A stretch of 64,000 bases of DNA from Sphyrna mokarran (taxonomy: Eukaryota): contig JAGIQG010000010.1 in assembly GCA_024679065.1 (NCBI GenBank), positions 52,886,001 through 52,950,000 of the forward strand. The letters are read 5' to 3'. Shown here piece after piece: positions 49,451 to 62,695 of the stretch (positions within the stretch are counted from its first letter, which is position 1; each line of letters opens with the position of its first letter). The notes beneath the pieces are model-generated. The model searched no databases, had not been told where the DNA came from, and saw only the letters and a program-made list of their open reading frames with translations. The translations under genes were made by a program, and so were the position numbers.

Positions 49451-51669
49451 CAGCAGGAGAAGGGAGATTAGAAAAGAATTGGGAAGGGGAGGGCTGAACT
49501 GCAAGATTATGGTTTTGAGTTATGATTCTTTTTTTTTAAATTCATTCATGAGATGTGAACACTGTTGGCTAGACCTCATTTGTTGTCCTTCCTTAGTTTG
49601 GGCAGCAGATCTCTCCAAACAGAAATTATTTGTAATATGCCTTTACCTGATGTCGATTTTGCCTCTTCGGGGCCAAGTTGTCAACTGAGTACTTAATTGA
49701 TGAGAATGAACACTCCGCTTTTGTGATTAAGACTCCAACTTCGAAGACTTTGCAATCAAGATTTCAGACTTAAATAGTGCACTGATTGGAGTGCAATTTA
49801 ACACAAAATCAATATCAGATTTTCTGGTAATGAGGTAGTTGAAGATATGACCAATGTTTCCCTCTACTTGCCCCTTCCCAAGCATTGCCCCCTGTTCATT
49901 TTTCCTCCCCAGCCCACCTTGCCCCTCTTTTTTACCATTGAGACTTTCCCTCACTAATTTTTCCTCACCAATACCCTATACAATTGCAGTAAAACATCCT
50001 TATCCCTGTGTGCAAAACGTTTTGCAATGAAAACCAACATACCACTTGCCTTTCTTACTGCCTGCTGTACCTGGATACTTGCATTCAGCAATGATGCACG
50101 AGGACACCAAGGTTTTACTGAGTATCTACCTCACAATTTAAATCCATTCAAGTAATAATCTGTCTTAATTTTATTGCTCCCAAAGTGGATAATCTCACAT
50201 TTAGCCTCACTTTCTCCCAATAGTCGTTGTTCACCTGCCGTTCCCTTTCACTCACATTTCCTCAATGACTCTCTCCTACTCTCTTAATGCTTTCATTCTT
50301 GATATCTCTCCTGATGCTCTCTTCTTCTCATCTGTATAGGTTCCATATTTCTTTTCCCATTTCGCCCTCTCTTGTTCCTGTTACCGTTGTCCTTCCCCCA
50401 AAACCTGAAGGGTTTATTCCTAACTCCTCTTCCCTTTTTTTTCTGCTCCTACCCAATAGGAAGCAATTGTTTCTGCTCCTTACACTGCTTAGGCCTATCC
50501 CCCACCTTGTGTTTCTGTCTCAATTTGTCCTTACTAGTTTTCAGGAATTGGAATCTGCAGTAACTGCGAACAGCATTAAACGTTTTGAATAGTCAAACAC
50601 AATCAATTTCCTGAAGTCTATAAAATAAACTTTCCTGTGAAATTGCACCAAAACACAACATTCTGGGCGGTGTCAAAAACTAGTATTAAAAAAGAAGTTC
50701 CAATATAACTGCTTCCGCCAGTTTAAAATTACATGCAATTCAGCTAGTCCCATAACCCTGCTCTTCCCACAGCACTGCAAATATTTTCCCTTTTGGGTGC
50801 TTCTCCTTTTGATCGCCATGACAGCCTGCCTTCACCATCCTCCCGGGTGCTGCATGGTAAGAGATGCTGCTCTTCTATTTTCATTGAACATGCATTAAAT
50901 TTTACAGTTGCACGCGACTCAGAACACATTCCAACTAACAGGCCATCGGAAGCCTGTATGGATTTCCACAAACATCAAGCAAAATCCAAGCAAACAAAGA
51001 ACTACATAAGCACATTCTTACACAAGTGCAGTTATTTAAACAATGCTGCCAATATTCTGGAATAAAGCCCACATTTAAAGCAGCACTGTAATATAAGGAA
51101 GGTATGATTGAATCCCAATAAACAAGATTTGACATTAATACAATGGCCATGTATAACTTGGCATAACTGAATTTCTGTTAAGCATTTTAACCAAGTGTTG
51201 CAGATGACAGGACAGTTGCACCATGACAAACAGAAAATGCAGAATAATGAGGAACAGCTGAATATGTAATTTCTTGACATCATGACATTAGAGTGAAAGA
51301 GTTACTCAAAATGGACTCCAGAATCATAATTCTGGGAGTGAAATGCTCCTGGGAAGAACTGAATATTTGCTGTTGGACAAATATTTATATCATTCTGGCA
51401 GTTATAAAGAGACATGTCATTCAATTTGTTCCACAATTTCTCACAATTGAAAACTTTTAAGTAAAACATTCTTCCTCAGTCCCTCCCTTCTAGGCAAAAT
51501 ACTAAAGGGTGTAGTCAATATAATTAAAAGGAAAACCAACTGGCCAAGACAAATATAGGGATTATAGAAAATGAAACTAAATTGATTAAAAGTGACCTTC
51601 TTTGTATCTGTATAAATAAAACTGGATGGTGACAGAGAAGATTAAAAATGTTTTTCAGTAATTTTATAA

Positions 51670-51973
51670 GGGAAGCACAGTGACACAGCGGTCAGCACTG
51701 CTGCCTTACAACAATAGAGACCCAGGTTCAATTCCCAGCTTGGGTCACTGTCTGTGTGGAGTTTGCACGTTCTCCCAGCATCTCCGTGGATTTCCCCCAG
51801 GTGCTCTGGTTTCCTCCTACAGTCTAAAAGATATGCTGGTTAAGTGCACCAGCCATGCTAAATACTCCCTCAGTGCATCCGAACAGGCAATGGAGTATAG
51901 CAATGAGGGGATTTTCACAGTAACTTCATTGCTATGTTATTGTAAATCTACTTGATACACTAATAAATAAACT
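51670..51973 (+). mobile_element. HE1-like SINE with an AATAAATAAAC tail
   Basis: cacagcggtcagcactgctgcct...ggttcaattccc...tgtgtggagtttgcacgttctccc; tail ttcacagtaacttcattgc...taataaataaac. Confidence 0.85.
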
Positions 51974-54900
51974 TAAAAAAAGAAACAAATTGCAGAAACA
52001 CAAGTTTAGAGTCTCATATTAGAATGATCTGACACTCATCTAAAAAAAATACTTTTTTTAAAAAATGTATCTGACATAGATGTTTCAGGCCTTCACAGTT
52101 GTTGAGGCAAGAGTACACTGGAAGTCCAGATAGTATTCAAGTATACAGAGAAAAGAAAGTAATGAGTAAAGCCGAGCAACCCATAGATCTGGTTTTCGAA
52201 ACTACAGACTACTAGAATCCACTCCAGCCTTAGTTAATCTCAATTCAAATATAAAGTATCTTTGAGAAAAGTAGTGATGGGCAATGTGAAAACAAGATAA
52301 AGAAAAATGCTGTAATCATTCATATTTGTAGGAGAATTTGAAAGAATAAAATTAGATGATTAGAATGTCGATTTTAACCTTTTTATTGTGCTTAAACGCA
52401 ACTTCTTTTTCTGTTCTCTTTCTGTACCCAAAGGATCCAAGTGATGTGCAGTATTCGCAACACCAAATCACACATTACATCAAAAATACAAGCTCACAAA
52501 ATGCAATTTCTGGTACATTCCTTATATGCTGCGTTTCTAATCAACACATTACATTGACTAACACAACCGACAAAGTTCATCACATTTGCAGAAAACATCA
52601 AGCATTCTTCCCTTCATTTTCGAATGTAATCTGAGCGTGTTCAATTGTTATCAGCTGAGGCTACATCAAGCTTCTTTCTGACAACATTATCAACTGAAAT
52701 GTACTCAAATTTCACTAAAAGGTTTTTTTCATCTTACATCATCCATAAAAAGAACAGCTAGCTGAAGTTTTAATTATGAGAGATAAAGCAAAATGGAGGC
52801 CAGGTTAAGAACTGAGACAGTCAAGTCCTCAATGATTGTCCAGTCTTTGAACATATACAAGAGAGCTGATGAATGTTAACACATTACTTTCTAGATCATC
52901 TGAACAGTCAAATGGATGGACTCCTTGGTGTGCGTTTTCCATTAGTATGGATTTGGCAAAATAACTTTTATTTCCCAATCTTGTTAACTGTTGCACTATG
53001 GTTGCAGCATCAATAGCCAACAAATACTGCCTTATGGCAAAGTAACCAAAAGTGAGTTTTGATTTTACTTCATTGGCCAAATCAGCCATAGCACTGGAAT
53101 TTAGCCAGTCAGTTTCAGCTAGTTGAACTGCAAATACTTGTGGGGCATGGGAGGATCCCGGCGAGATGCAACATGGGACAGGCTTGCTATCAAATCAGCA
53201 GTGTGATGCACCAGTCCACAAGTTGCCAGTATAGTCCAAATTGTCAGATCTCCAATCTACTATTACATCCTGCACAACACCCTCCAACTTGCAGGGCTGA
53301 AAAGGAGATACTCACAATAGATGGTGAACATTACAACAATTAAATGTTTGATGACATGTTAATACTACATGCAGTCAAAGATGTAATGGATCAGTGACAT
53401 GATGCAATGGCTTGCATTTCAATAGACTATGCTTCATTGACAACTAAAGGATATTTGGAAATTAGTCTAAAATTAAAAGCAATTATGGAGATTTGCTATA
53501 GGAACAGTGGATTAAAAGATATAACAAGATAGAATTCAGATATAAAAGTGTTAATATGTTACGTCAGGTGACAATTAAATTCTAGACATGAACTTCAGGA
53601 CCTGAACTTCATTGTCACTGGTCATAAGCAATTTCATATGCACACAGCGAATAGAGTGGGAGGTGGTGAGAGACGTGCACAAGTCAAAAATCATAATTAG
53701 AATGACTGAGGGAGGCAAATAAATATATAAAGATAGATAGCAACAAATAAGGCACAATCCCAGAGTTTTGGATTATGGACTTAAATTTAGAATTACAAAT
53801 CAAGCATTAGCAAAATCAATTACAGCATAATTAAACTCATCTTGGAATTGCTCTTGGTGTATCTTCATACTGTAATTTAAATTCCCCTTGCATAAAGAAA
53901 CTACAGAATATTAGTCTTTCAGATGGCTATTTGGCAGACTCACCAGTATTCCGAGCTAGTGGGGTACAAGCTCTGGAGACCCTGCCTGAAAATAAGAACC
54001 AATGAATTACTTCAAGAAACCCTCTAATTGCTGAAGCCTTAAATTTCACACATCGGCTCACTTTCACATTCTGAAAAGGCAACTGTCAATCAACAGTAAT
54101 TAAGGAAGATTTTGTGATGAGCAGTAGGATACATGATATCACACAACACACAATATATTCATTAACTATTGTTCAGGACATATTCTTAATGCAGAGAAGT
54201 TGTGAGTTCTGCATGCTACTTTCTCCAACAAGCAAGCAACTACAGATACAGAAAAGTAATTAAAATCAGGTCTTCTCGGGATGCAGACACAACTGGAAAA
54301 AAATGTTTTATATCAGTTCAGTTTTAAATGTGGAAGAGATATAAACAAATTTTTATTACTTTGCTATTCTTAGCTGCACTGTGTGATTCTGTGATTAATC
54401 ATAACAGTTATTCATTCTAGAGATTTATTTTGTAGTTCATTAATCCAAAGATCTATTCGATTTACTGAACAAATTAGAGGCAAATACACACAAGTCCAAA
54501 GCAGTCATTTTAACACAAAAAGGATCTACCTTTACGTGTTGTGAAATTATTTTGATTCAATATTCAGAAATTATTAACAATACCTATTATATTTTTTAAA
54601 AATCTGTACTTTTTTCTTTATTATTGCTCTCTTACATCAACATCCATCTAAAAAGGAAAACAACTGCCCCTACCATTGTTGCTTTGCTTAAAACAAAACA
54701 CATTGGGACTCACATCATAATGTCTATGCTTCCTTATTTGGAAAAGCCTACGCTCTGTGCCTGAGTCTTCAACTTTGAAAGAGATGAGGAAGTCACACAA
54801 TGAGGTTTGGGTACATTACACTACATGGACCCATGGCTCAGTTTTCTGAAAATGTCTTGATACCGCCTTGTAATGAGGTGATCATACAATTCTTCACTGG

Positions 54901-55545
54901 AACTGCAACCACACCATTGAATAAACTGCTCCTTAAAGATTCCTTATGTGTTCCATTTCTTCTAGATGGCCTTTGTGCAAGTAATGTAAATTCACATTCC
55001 ACTGCATTCTGAAATATGAGTATTCAAATTCTGAACTTCCCTTAAATAATTTAAATATGCCTTAAAAGATCACTACCAAATTCCAACTCCTTGCCTCCGT
55101 ATCCACCCCAGCCAAACCTTCCCGCACCTCCGGTGGTTCAAATACAAACCATAGAGTAGCTGTATTTAAACTAGTTTAGGATTGTGATGCTTGATGATTC
55201 TTTTTGCCAAATAATTAGCTTAAGCATCAAGACAATAAACAAGTCTTTTGCAGCGCATGAATGACATGGTTTTGTGGTGACATGATTAACAGTCTGAACC
55301 AAAGGCCCAACAGACACTAAGTTAAACTGTTGCAGAATCACTGGGTACCCAGACAGGCCAAGACAGAAACAAATCAGGTCAGGGCAAGCCAAGGCACACC
55401 CAAGGAGTGGAGTTAGGAAGGACCCGACCCTGACAATACTCAGCAGATAGTTGTGTATTTCATTATTTCAGCCAGACTCTCTGGTGCCTTGAGTTCCCAC
55501 CATAATCTTATTTGAAAAGGGGCTCTGTGGAATATTCATACCTGA

Positions 55546-58500
55546 TGTAATAACACTGTGCCTTTAAGAAACGTATTGATATGTTTTGTGTAGGAGGTGT
55601 TTAAAAGTCAGCTATGTTGTATAAGGTGCCGATTTTCTTAGGAAACAGGCAGCTCAAATGTAGGATAATGACTTATTTTAGCTAACGGTGTATTTGTTGC
55701 AATTTGTGTTTATTTAGGTTTTCCTTGGGGTCAGATATGAGTTTTAATTCAGTTGATTGACATAGGCAGAGACAGAGTCATGTGCTAATAGGAGGATCTA
55801 AACTTTTAGGAAAATATACATTTCTCATTTTAAAAGTCAGTTACTGCTGGTTCTGAAACAAGCAAGGGGTGTCTTTCTATTTTTCCTCGCTCTGGAAGTT
55901 GCTGTTTGGGGCTGTCAGAAGACTGGTGTCTCTGACTCTCTCTTTCCAGAAGTGTGGATAAAGCTGTAACACTGTTAACGAGAACAAGCATGTAAGCCTG
56001 TGTTTACGAACTGATTTCGAAGAGAAATTTAAGTCTATAAGAGGAATATTGCTTAAATTGGAACTCATAGGAATAGATTAGCAGTTAAGAATTGTATCTT
56101 GGTCAAATGTTAAACTATTTCATTTGTTATAGTTCAACTCTATTGTTAAATAAAGTTGATTTTTACAAAAAGCTGCCTAGTGTATCATTAGAATCACACA
56201 GAGTGAAACACCTTATCCTTACACTAAAGCCAAAGTAGCCAACAGATAGGATCTCGACTAACTTCATAATATATCTTGGGGTTTCTGATCCATACCTTAA
56301 CAAAATTGGGGGTTCATCCAGCATTAAAAGCGACAAGACCGTAGGTGTTGAGGACCAGTTGTTTTTTCTCAGGTATTGCATTTAGTTATTCTAAATAGGG
56401 GATGCCTCATGGAATAATGGCTTTCTCCTGGCTGTGGAAGAGGTCACCCAGAATGATTTAGAAAAGATGACTAAAACAAAGCTTTTGGAATTGGCAAAAA
56501 CACTGTAGTTGACATTATCTGACGAGGCGAGGAAGGCAGAGATAGTTGCAGTTATAGCTCAGCATTTAAAATGGCCAAACGCACAGTTGGAGGCATTGGA
56601 ATTGGCCAGAATTCAATTGCAAATGAAATAGTTTGAACAGGAAAATGAATTGGGATAGTTTGAATTCAAAGTCCAGAAGAAGAAAAAGAAAATAGTACTG
56701 GCAGAACAGACAGGAAAAAGAAAGAATAGCCCTGGCGGAACAAGAAGAGAGAGAGGAAAGGGAAAGAGTTCCTGAACTTCAGAAACTTGAACCGAAAAGA
56801 AACGTCAACTTAAATTGGTGACACAGAGGTAAAAACTGTGAATAGTTATGAGGAAAAACCAACCCACCATAATTAAAGACCTTGTCAGGAACTGTTCAAA
56901 TATTTCATGTGCTGCCAATATTTGACAAGAAGGATGTTTTCATTTCATTTGAGAAAAACATTAGCACAGTGGTTAGCACTGCTGCTTCGCAGCACCAGGG
57001 ACCTGACTTCGATTCCCAGATTGGGTCACTGTCTGTGTGAAATTTCCACGTTCTTCCTGTGTCTGTGTGGGTTTCTTCTGAGTGCTCCAATTTCCTCCCA
57101 CATCATGAAACACGTGCTGGTTAAGTGCACTGATCCAAACAGGTACCTGACTGTGACGATTAGAAGAATTTCACAGTAATTTCGTTGCAGTGCTAATGTA
57201 AACCTTACTTGTGATTAATAAATAAACGTTAAAAGTAGTTAAACATGTAAAATGACCACAGACTATGAGAGTATTGTTGGTTTAAACAAAGGTGGTAGAT
57301 AGAGCTACTGATGTGCTTGCGTCACTATCAAAGTTATCTATAGAGTGTGATGAGGTGAAAAAAGCCATTTCAAGTGCATGTAAACTAATGCCAGAAGCCT
57401 ATGGACAGAAGTTTCCAAATCTGAGGAAGAAACCAGGTCAAACATAGATCGAATTTGAAAGAATCAAGCACAGTAATTTTGACAGTGGATAAAAGCATTG
57501 AAAATAGACGAGACACGTAACATTTTTAGGGAAATGGTTATTTTGGAGGAGTTTAAAAATTCACTTCTGAACTACCAAAAACTCATATGCAAGAGCAGAG
57601 GAATAAACTGTGAGATTGGCAGCAGAGATGGCAGATGATTATAAGTTAGTTCAGAAATGAAGGTTTGGCTTTCAACATCAACTTCTATCTGAGAGAGAGA
57701 AAGAAATTGGGGAAAAAAGAAATCACATGGTAAAAGGCAAAGGAAATGTCAGAGACAGGAAGACTAGTTTACCTCAGTTTACAGAAGAAACACACAAGGG
57801 TGGAAGAGAAATAGGAAACCTTATATGTTTTCCGTGTAATAAAGGTGGGCACACAAAGTCAGTGTTGGTGGCTTAAAAAAGCACTAAGCAGACAAACAAG
57901 GTGAAACCAGGTAAGCCGGAAAGATTTCTTAAAGTAAAGAAAAACATGGTTAAAGTTAAAGAGGTGTAAAAGAATGTACAGCCTGTTCAAGAGGAGGTTG
58001 ATAAACAAATGCCAGATCGCTTTAAATAATTTACTTGTTTGGATGAGGTTTAGTAATGTACAAGGAGGAATAGGTAAAGAAGTTAAGATTGTAAAATCTT
58101 TCATGGTGGGAATAATGGTGGGAAGTGAAGGAATATGTAGTTTGGAAGCAGTATTGCCAGAAAAGGTGGGAGGACGTGGAATTCATGGTGAAAAGCATAG
58201 TGTTCCATTATGTAAGGCAAGATTGAGAGTCTGGTGAAAAAGTGAAGTGGTGTTAGGAATAATAGAGAAATTACCTTTTTCAGAGATACAGTTTATCTTG
58301 GGTAATGATTTAGCTGGATCATAGTTGACAATGATGTCTACTAAAGGCTGAAAACCCAAATGAAAATCAAACTGAGGTGTTGCAGGAAACATATCCTGGA
58401 ATTTTTCCCCAACTGTGTGTAACAAGATCACAAAGTCACAGGTTGAGACAGAAGGAGAAATCAAAGAGTAAAGATAATGAGACTAAGATTCAATCAGAAA

Positions 58501-60210
58501 CAACTTTTGACCAGATGGTTGAGAAAGAAGAATAGGTGGAAGACTCAATGGATATTTTTTCAGGAAAGTTGGCAGAATTATAACAGAATGATGTAGAGAC
58601 AAAACAATTGCATTTGAAAGCATACACAGAAGAATCTCAGTGTATACCAGAATGTCATTGCATTAAAAATGATATCTTAATGAGGAGATGGAGACCTTTA
58701 CATATTCAGGGAGATGAAAATAAAATGGGTAGAAGTTCTTCAAGTTGTATTACCGGTAGGTTATGGAAAGAAGATGTTGCAGGTAGCATGAGGTTCAAGT
58801 AAGAAGTCATTTACGAGAAAGGAAAACTTGAGCAAAAATACAAAAACGTATTTATTGGCCTGGCCTGCATAAAAACGTAGAAGAATTTCTACTGTACATG
58901 TCACATGTCAGATAATAGGAATACCTCGTGCAGTAATCAAACCAGCACTTTTCATACCCATTTTGGCATTTCAGGAGCCTTTTATGAAGATCCTAATTGA
59001 TTGCATGGGACCCCTCCCTAAACTAAAAAATGGGAATCAGTAATTGTTGATCATAATGGATGTATCTGGTAGATTCCCGGAGGCTATTCCATTAGGTATG
59101 ATTACAACTAAAAGGATTCTAGAGGAGTTACTATTTTTAACCAAATACGAACTGCTCATAACTCAATCAGATCAAGGTCAAATTTTTTGTCTAAGTTATT
59201 TAGGAAAGTTACAAACAGTTTAGGAATAAAGCAATTTAAGTTAACTGCGTACCATCCAGAATCGCAGGCAGCGTTGACACAGTGACAATAAACTTTAAAG
59301 GCAGTGTTCTGGGTCTGTTGACGAGATTATCTAGATGACTCGGATAAAGGAATTCCATTTGTACTTCGTGCAATTAGGAATGCACCAAATGAATCAGCTA
59401 AATTCAATCCCTTTGAATTAATTTTTGGTCATAAGATAAAAGGACCATTTAAGTTGATCAAGGGGAAATTAGTGAGTCAGTGTCTTGAGACTACACTGTT
59501 GGACTGTATGTCAAACTTCAGGGAGTGGTTAACTTGGGGTGGTGAGCTAAAACGCATTTAAAAGTGGTACAGCATGCGATGAAAAAGCAGATAAGAAATC
59601 AAGAATTTGTAGTTTTCCTAGTGAAGATAAGTATTAGTATTATTACCAGTGGTAGATGAACCATTAAAAGCAAGGCTTAATAGGCCTTATCAAGTTGAAA
59701 GAAAATTGATGAGGTGAACTATTTGATAAGAACCAGTTAAAAAGACTCAGAGTGTCTCATGTTAACATGTTCAAACAGTATTTTGATAGAGAAGGAAAGC
59801 AGAAAGAGGATGTGTTAGTTATTACAATTTAGAGTAAAGAAATAAATTCATATAAATGAATTTGACATTCCTCAAATCAGATTGGACAATGAGAAAATAA
59901 TGAGAAACTGGAATAAATTGCTGAGTTATCTTCCCGAGGAAAATCAAAATGACCTAAAAGTTATTACAATCACACAGAGCTATAGGTAGGAACAAACTGA
60001 CAAGTGCTAAAGTAATTGTGCATAATGTAGGTATAGGAAATGCTGTTGTAATTAAGCAACATCTGTATAGACTTAATCTACTAAAGTTGGCGCAGTTGAA
60101 AGCTTGTTTAAAAATGATATTATTGAAAATAAGTTGCAGTGAGTGGAACTTACCCATCGTGATGGTACCAAATCTAAATTGTACCCAATGATTATATGTA
60201 GACTACAGAT
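55546..60210 (+). mobile_element. Gmr1-like Gypsy LTR retrotransposon (LTR-PBS-gag/SCAN-PR-INT-start of RT), 3' truncated and decayed
   Basis: LTR 55546-56302; PBS tgggggttcatccagcat at 56307-56324 (tRNA-Pro type); MPEAYGQKFPNLRKKPGQT at about 57388; CFPCNKGGH knuckle at about 57826; integrase YWPGLHK and EPFMKILIDCMGPLPKT at 58850-59030; RT start IKQHLYRLN...YVDYR at 60051-60210. Confidence 0.9.
56961..57228 (+). mobile_element. HE1-like SINE inserted in the Gypsy gag
   Basis: gcacagtggttagcactgctgcttcgcagcaccagggacc...aataaataaac; the flanks rejoin as FEK|VxK. Confidence 0.85.
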
Positions 60211-60638
60211 AAGAGGAGAACCCTGGATGCCACTAGCACAAAGCCTTGGCACAATCCTCAGCGAAGACGACCACAGACAAAACTTGGCAGCAACCGAAGC
60301 GAGCATTCGGGAAGCACCTTCAAAGACAAGGACTCTGATACAGCAGAGGCTCTGAGAATTGGACTCACAGTTCAGTTAAGTTCACTAGCACAGGTAATAT
60401 TAGAACCTTAAACAAAAAAAAGCTTAAGATAATTTGGGAATAGTAACTATGTTAATATTTATTGAACTTAATAAAATTGGGATTAACCGCAAACCGCCTC
60501 ATAAATAAGGGCACCTGTGTACATGTTTGAAATATACAAACTAATCGAAGTGTCTGTCCATATTTCAAAAACAACATTACTGAGCTACAATAGTACATGA
60601 AGCAAGTTGGATGAGAAACAATTTTCTATTTGAATTCT

Positions 60639-61603
60639 TACGAATCATACACAGCTCAGACGGATGCCATTTAGCCCATCAAGTCTGCACTGACTCTCCA
60701 AAAGGGCATCATACTTGGGCCCATTATATGCACATACCATTCTCTCCAACCCCTGTTACTTTACATGGTTAATCTGTCTAACCTACATATCTTTGAACAC
60801 TATGGGGCAATTTAGCATGGCCAATCCACCTAACTTACACATCTTTGAACTGTGGCAGGAAGCTGGAACACTCAAAGGAAACCCACGTAGACATGGGCAG
60901 AATATGTAAACTCCACGTAGACAGTCACTCAAGGCCCGGAATCGAACCTGGGTCCCTGGTGCACTGAGGCAGCTGTGAACAAAGAACAATACAGCACAGG
61001 AAGTCCTTCAAGCCTGCATTCACCACATTATCCTATCTAGACCAACTGCCTGTATCCCTCTATTCCCCTCCCATCATGTGCCTATCCAGATAAGTCTTAA
61101 ATGTCGCTAAAGTACTTACATCAACCACCTCATTCCATACCAAGTCCATACCAAGCCCCCACCACCATATATATAAAAAATTCTTAAGAATTCTTAAGAA
61201 TCATACACATACTATTGAATCCCCTGCACATCTCTATTGAATCTTTCCCCCCTTACCTTGAACTTGTGCCCCCTAGTAATTGTCTTTTCTGCCTTGGTAA
61301 AAAGCTTCCAACAGTTCACCTTATTTATGCCCATCATAATTTTATAAACTTCTGTCAGATCACCCCTCAGCCTCCATCTTTCCAGGGAGAACACTGTCAG
61401 TTTATTCAATTGCTCCTCATGGCTAATATATCTATACCAGGCAACATTCTGGTAAAATCTTTTCTGTACTCCTTCCAAAGCCTGCACATCCTTTCAGTAG
61501 TATGGCAATCAGAATTGGACACAGCATTCCAAATGCGGCCTACCCGATATTTTACAGAACTATAAAATCTGCCAATTTTTATACTCGTGCTAACCACTGT
61601 GCC
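60639..61603 (-). mobile_element. HE1/V-SINE split by a CR1 insertion
   Basis: Body 60639-60977, head remnant gtgctaaccactgtgcc at 61587-61603; GTG duplicated at 60975-60977 and 61587-61589. Confidence 0.85.
60978..61586 (-). mobile_element. CR1 3' portion nested in a SINE head
   Basis: ORF 61212-61487 ALEGVQKRF...FSLERWRLRGDLTEVYKIM; aacaaagaacaatacagcacagg tail. Confidence 0.9.
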
Positions 61604-61757
61604 TTCATGTCATCCACTGAATTTTCCCAAAATACAGAAAACAAATGAACCAATTTAAACCTTGTGTAAGGTCAACCTTAACCATCTTAATGATACTATG
61701 CTGAAACATTTTAAATAATCTATGCACCATTTTCCACCCAATACTCAATTCATAATC

Positions 61758-61912
61758 AAAACCAGAAAATGCTAGAAAATTCTGTGTCAGTGCCATTCTG
61801 ATTTGAAAGGTTTGCTTTATTCGCTCTCCACAGATGCTGTCAAACCTGCTGAAATTTTCCAGCATTATCTGTTTTTGTTTCAGATTCTAGCATCCGCAAT
61901 AATTTGCTTTTA
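61758..61912. mobile_element. Palindromic Penelope-derived element
   Basis: cagaaaatgctagaaaatt pairs with attttccagcattatctg; direct repeat ACTCAATTCA at 61743-61752 and 61913-61922. Confidence 0.7.
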
Positions 61913-62329
61913 ACTCAATTCAAAACGGCTTACATAAGATGATGTCAGCCGAGATTTAGCTAATTTTCCTGATTTTGCACAGCTATGCAACACTGTAGAA
62001 CAGATATGAGTGACCTAATCCAACTTACATTTACAAACTGAAAAACTGGTGTGACACACTGCTGGTTGCTGAAATAACACAAAAGTCTGCATCCTCAAAG
62101 GCACACAAAACAGTGTGATGAGTTCATTGTAACAGCATCCATGCATCCAAAGATAATGGCAGTCCAGATTAAAGAGCAGTGACAAATTATCTCATTCACT
62201 AAAACTCTGTCCAATTATGTTTAGTATTTCTACTACCTGTAACACTGACACAATACTACATTTAACAGTTCATTAGTTTCCTCCGAGAACTAATGTCAGA
62301 ACATAATTAAGCATCTAAAATAATGTTTA

Positions 62330-62695
62330 TATTTATTCATGGGATATGGCACCACTGGCTGGCCAGCATTTACTGCCCATACCTAATTGCCTTTGTTGAG
62401 AGGGCAGTTGAGACACGATCACATTACTGTGGCTCTGGAGTCACATGTAGGCCAGAACAGGTAAGGACGTCAGATTTCATTCCCTAAAGGACATTAGTGA
62501 ACAAAATGGGTTTTTCCGACAATCAACGATGTTTTCATGATCATCGATAGACTCCTAATTCCAGGATTTTTTTAATTTTTGAATTCAAATTCCACTAGCT
62601 GACTTGACGGGATTCAAACCCCAGGCTTCCCAGAACATTAGCTGATTTTCTGAATTAATAGTCTAGCAATAATATCACTAGGCCGTTGCCTCCCC
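62330..62695 (-). mobile_element. Short repeat with an L2-type 3' tail
   Basis: ttcatgggatatggcaccactggctggccagcatttactgcccatacctaattgcc is the reverse complement of the tail at 23230-23285; tRNA-like gggattcaaaccc near 62610. Confidence 0.7.

Noticed and set aside
60293-60305. TGCTCGCTTCGG on the minus strand, matching the U6 5' end
   Set aside because: Only 12 nt match and similarity stops immediately.
61179-61202. Tandem palindrome aattcttaagaattcttaagaat
   Set aside because: Small local duplication inside a CR1 fragment, with no evidence of function.
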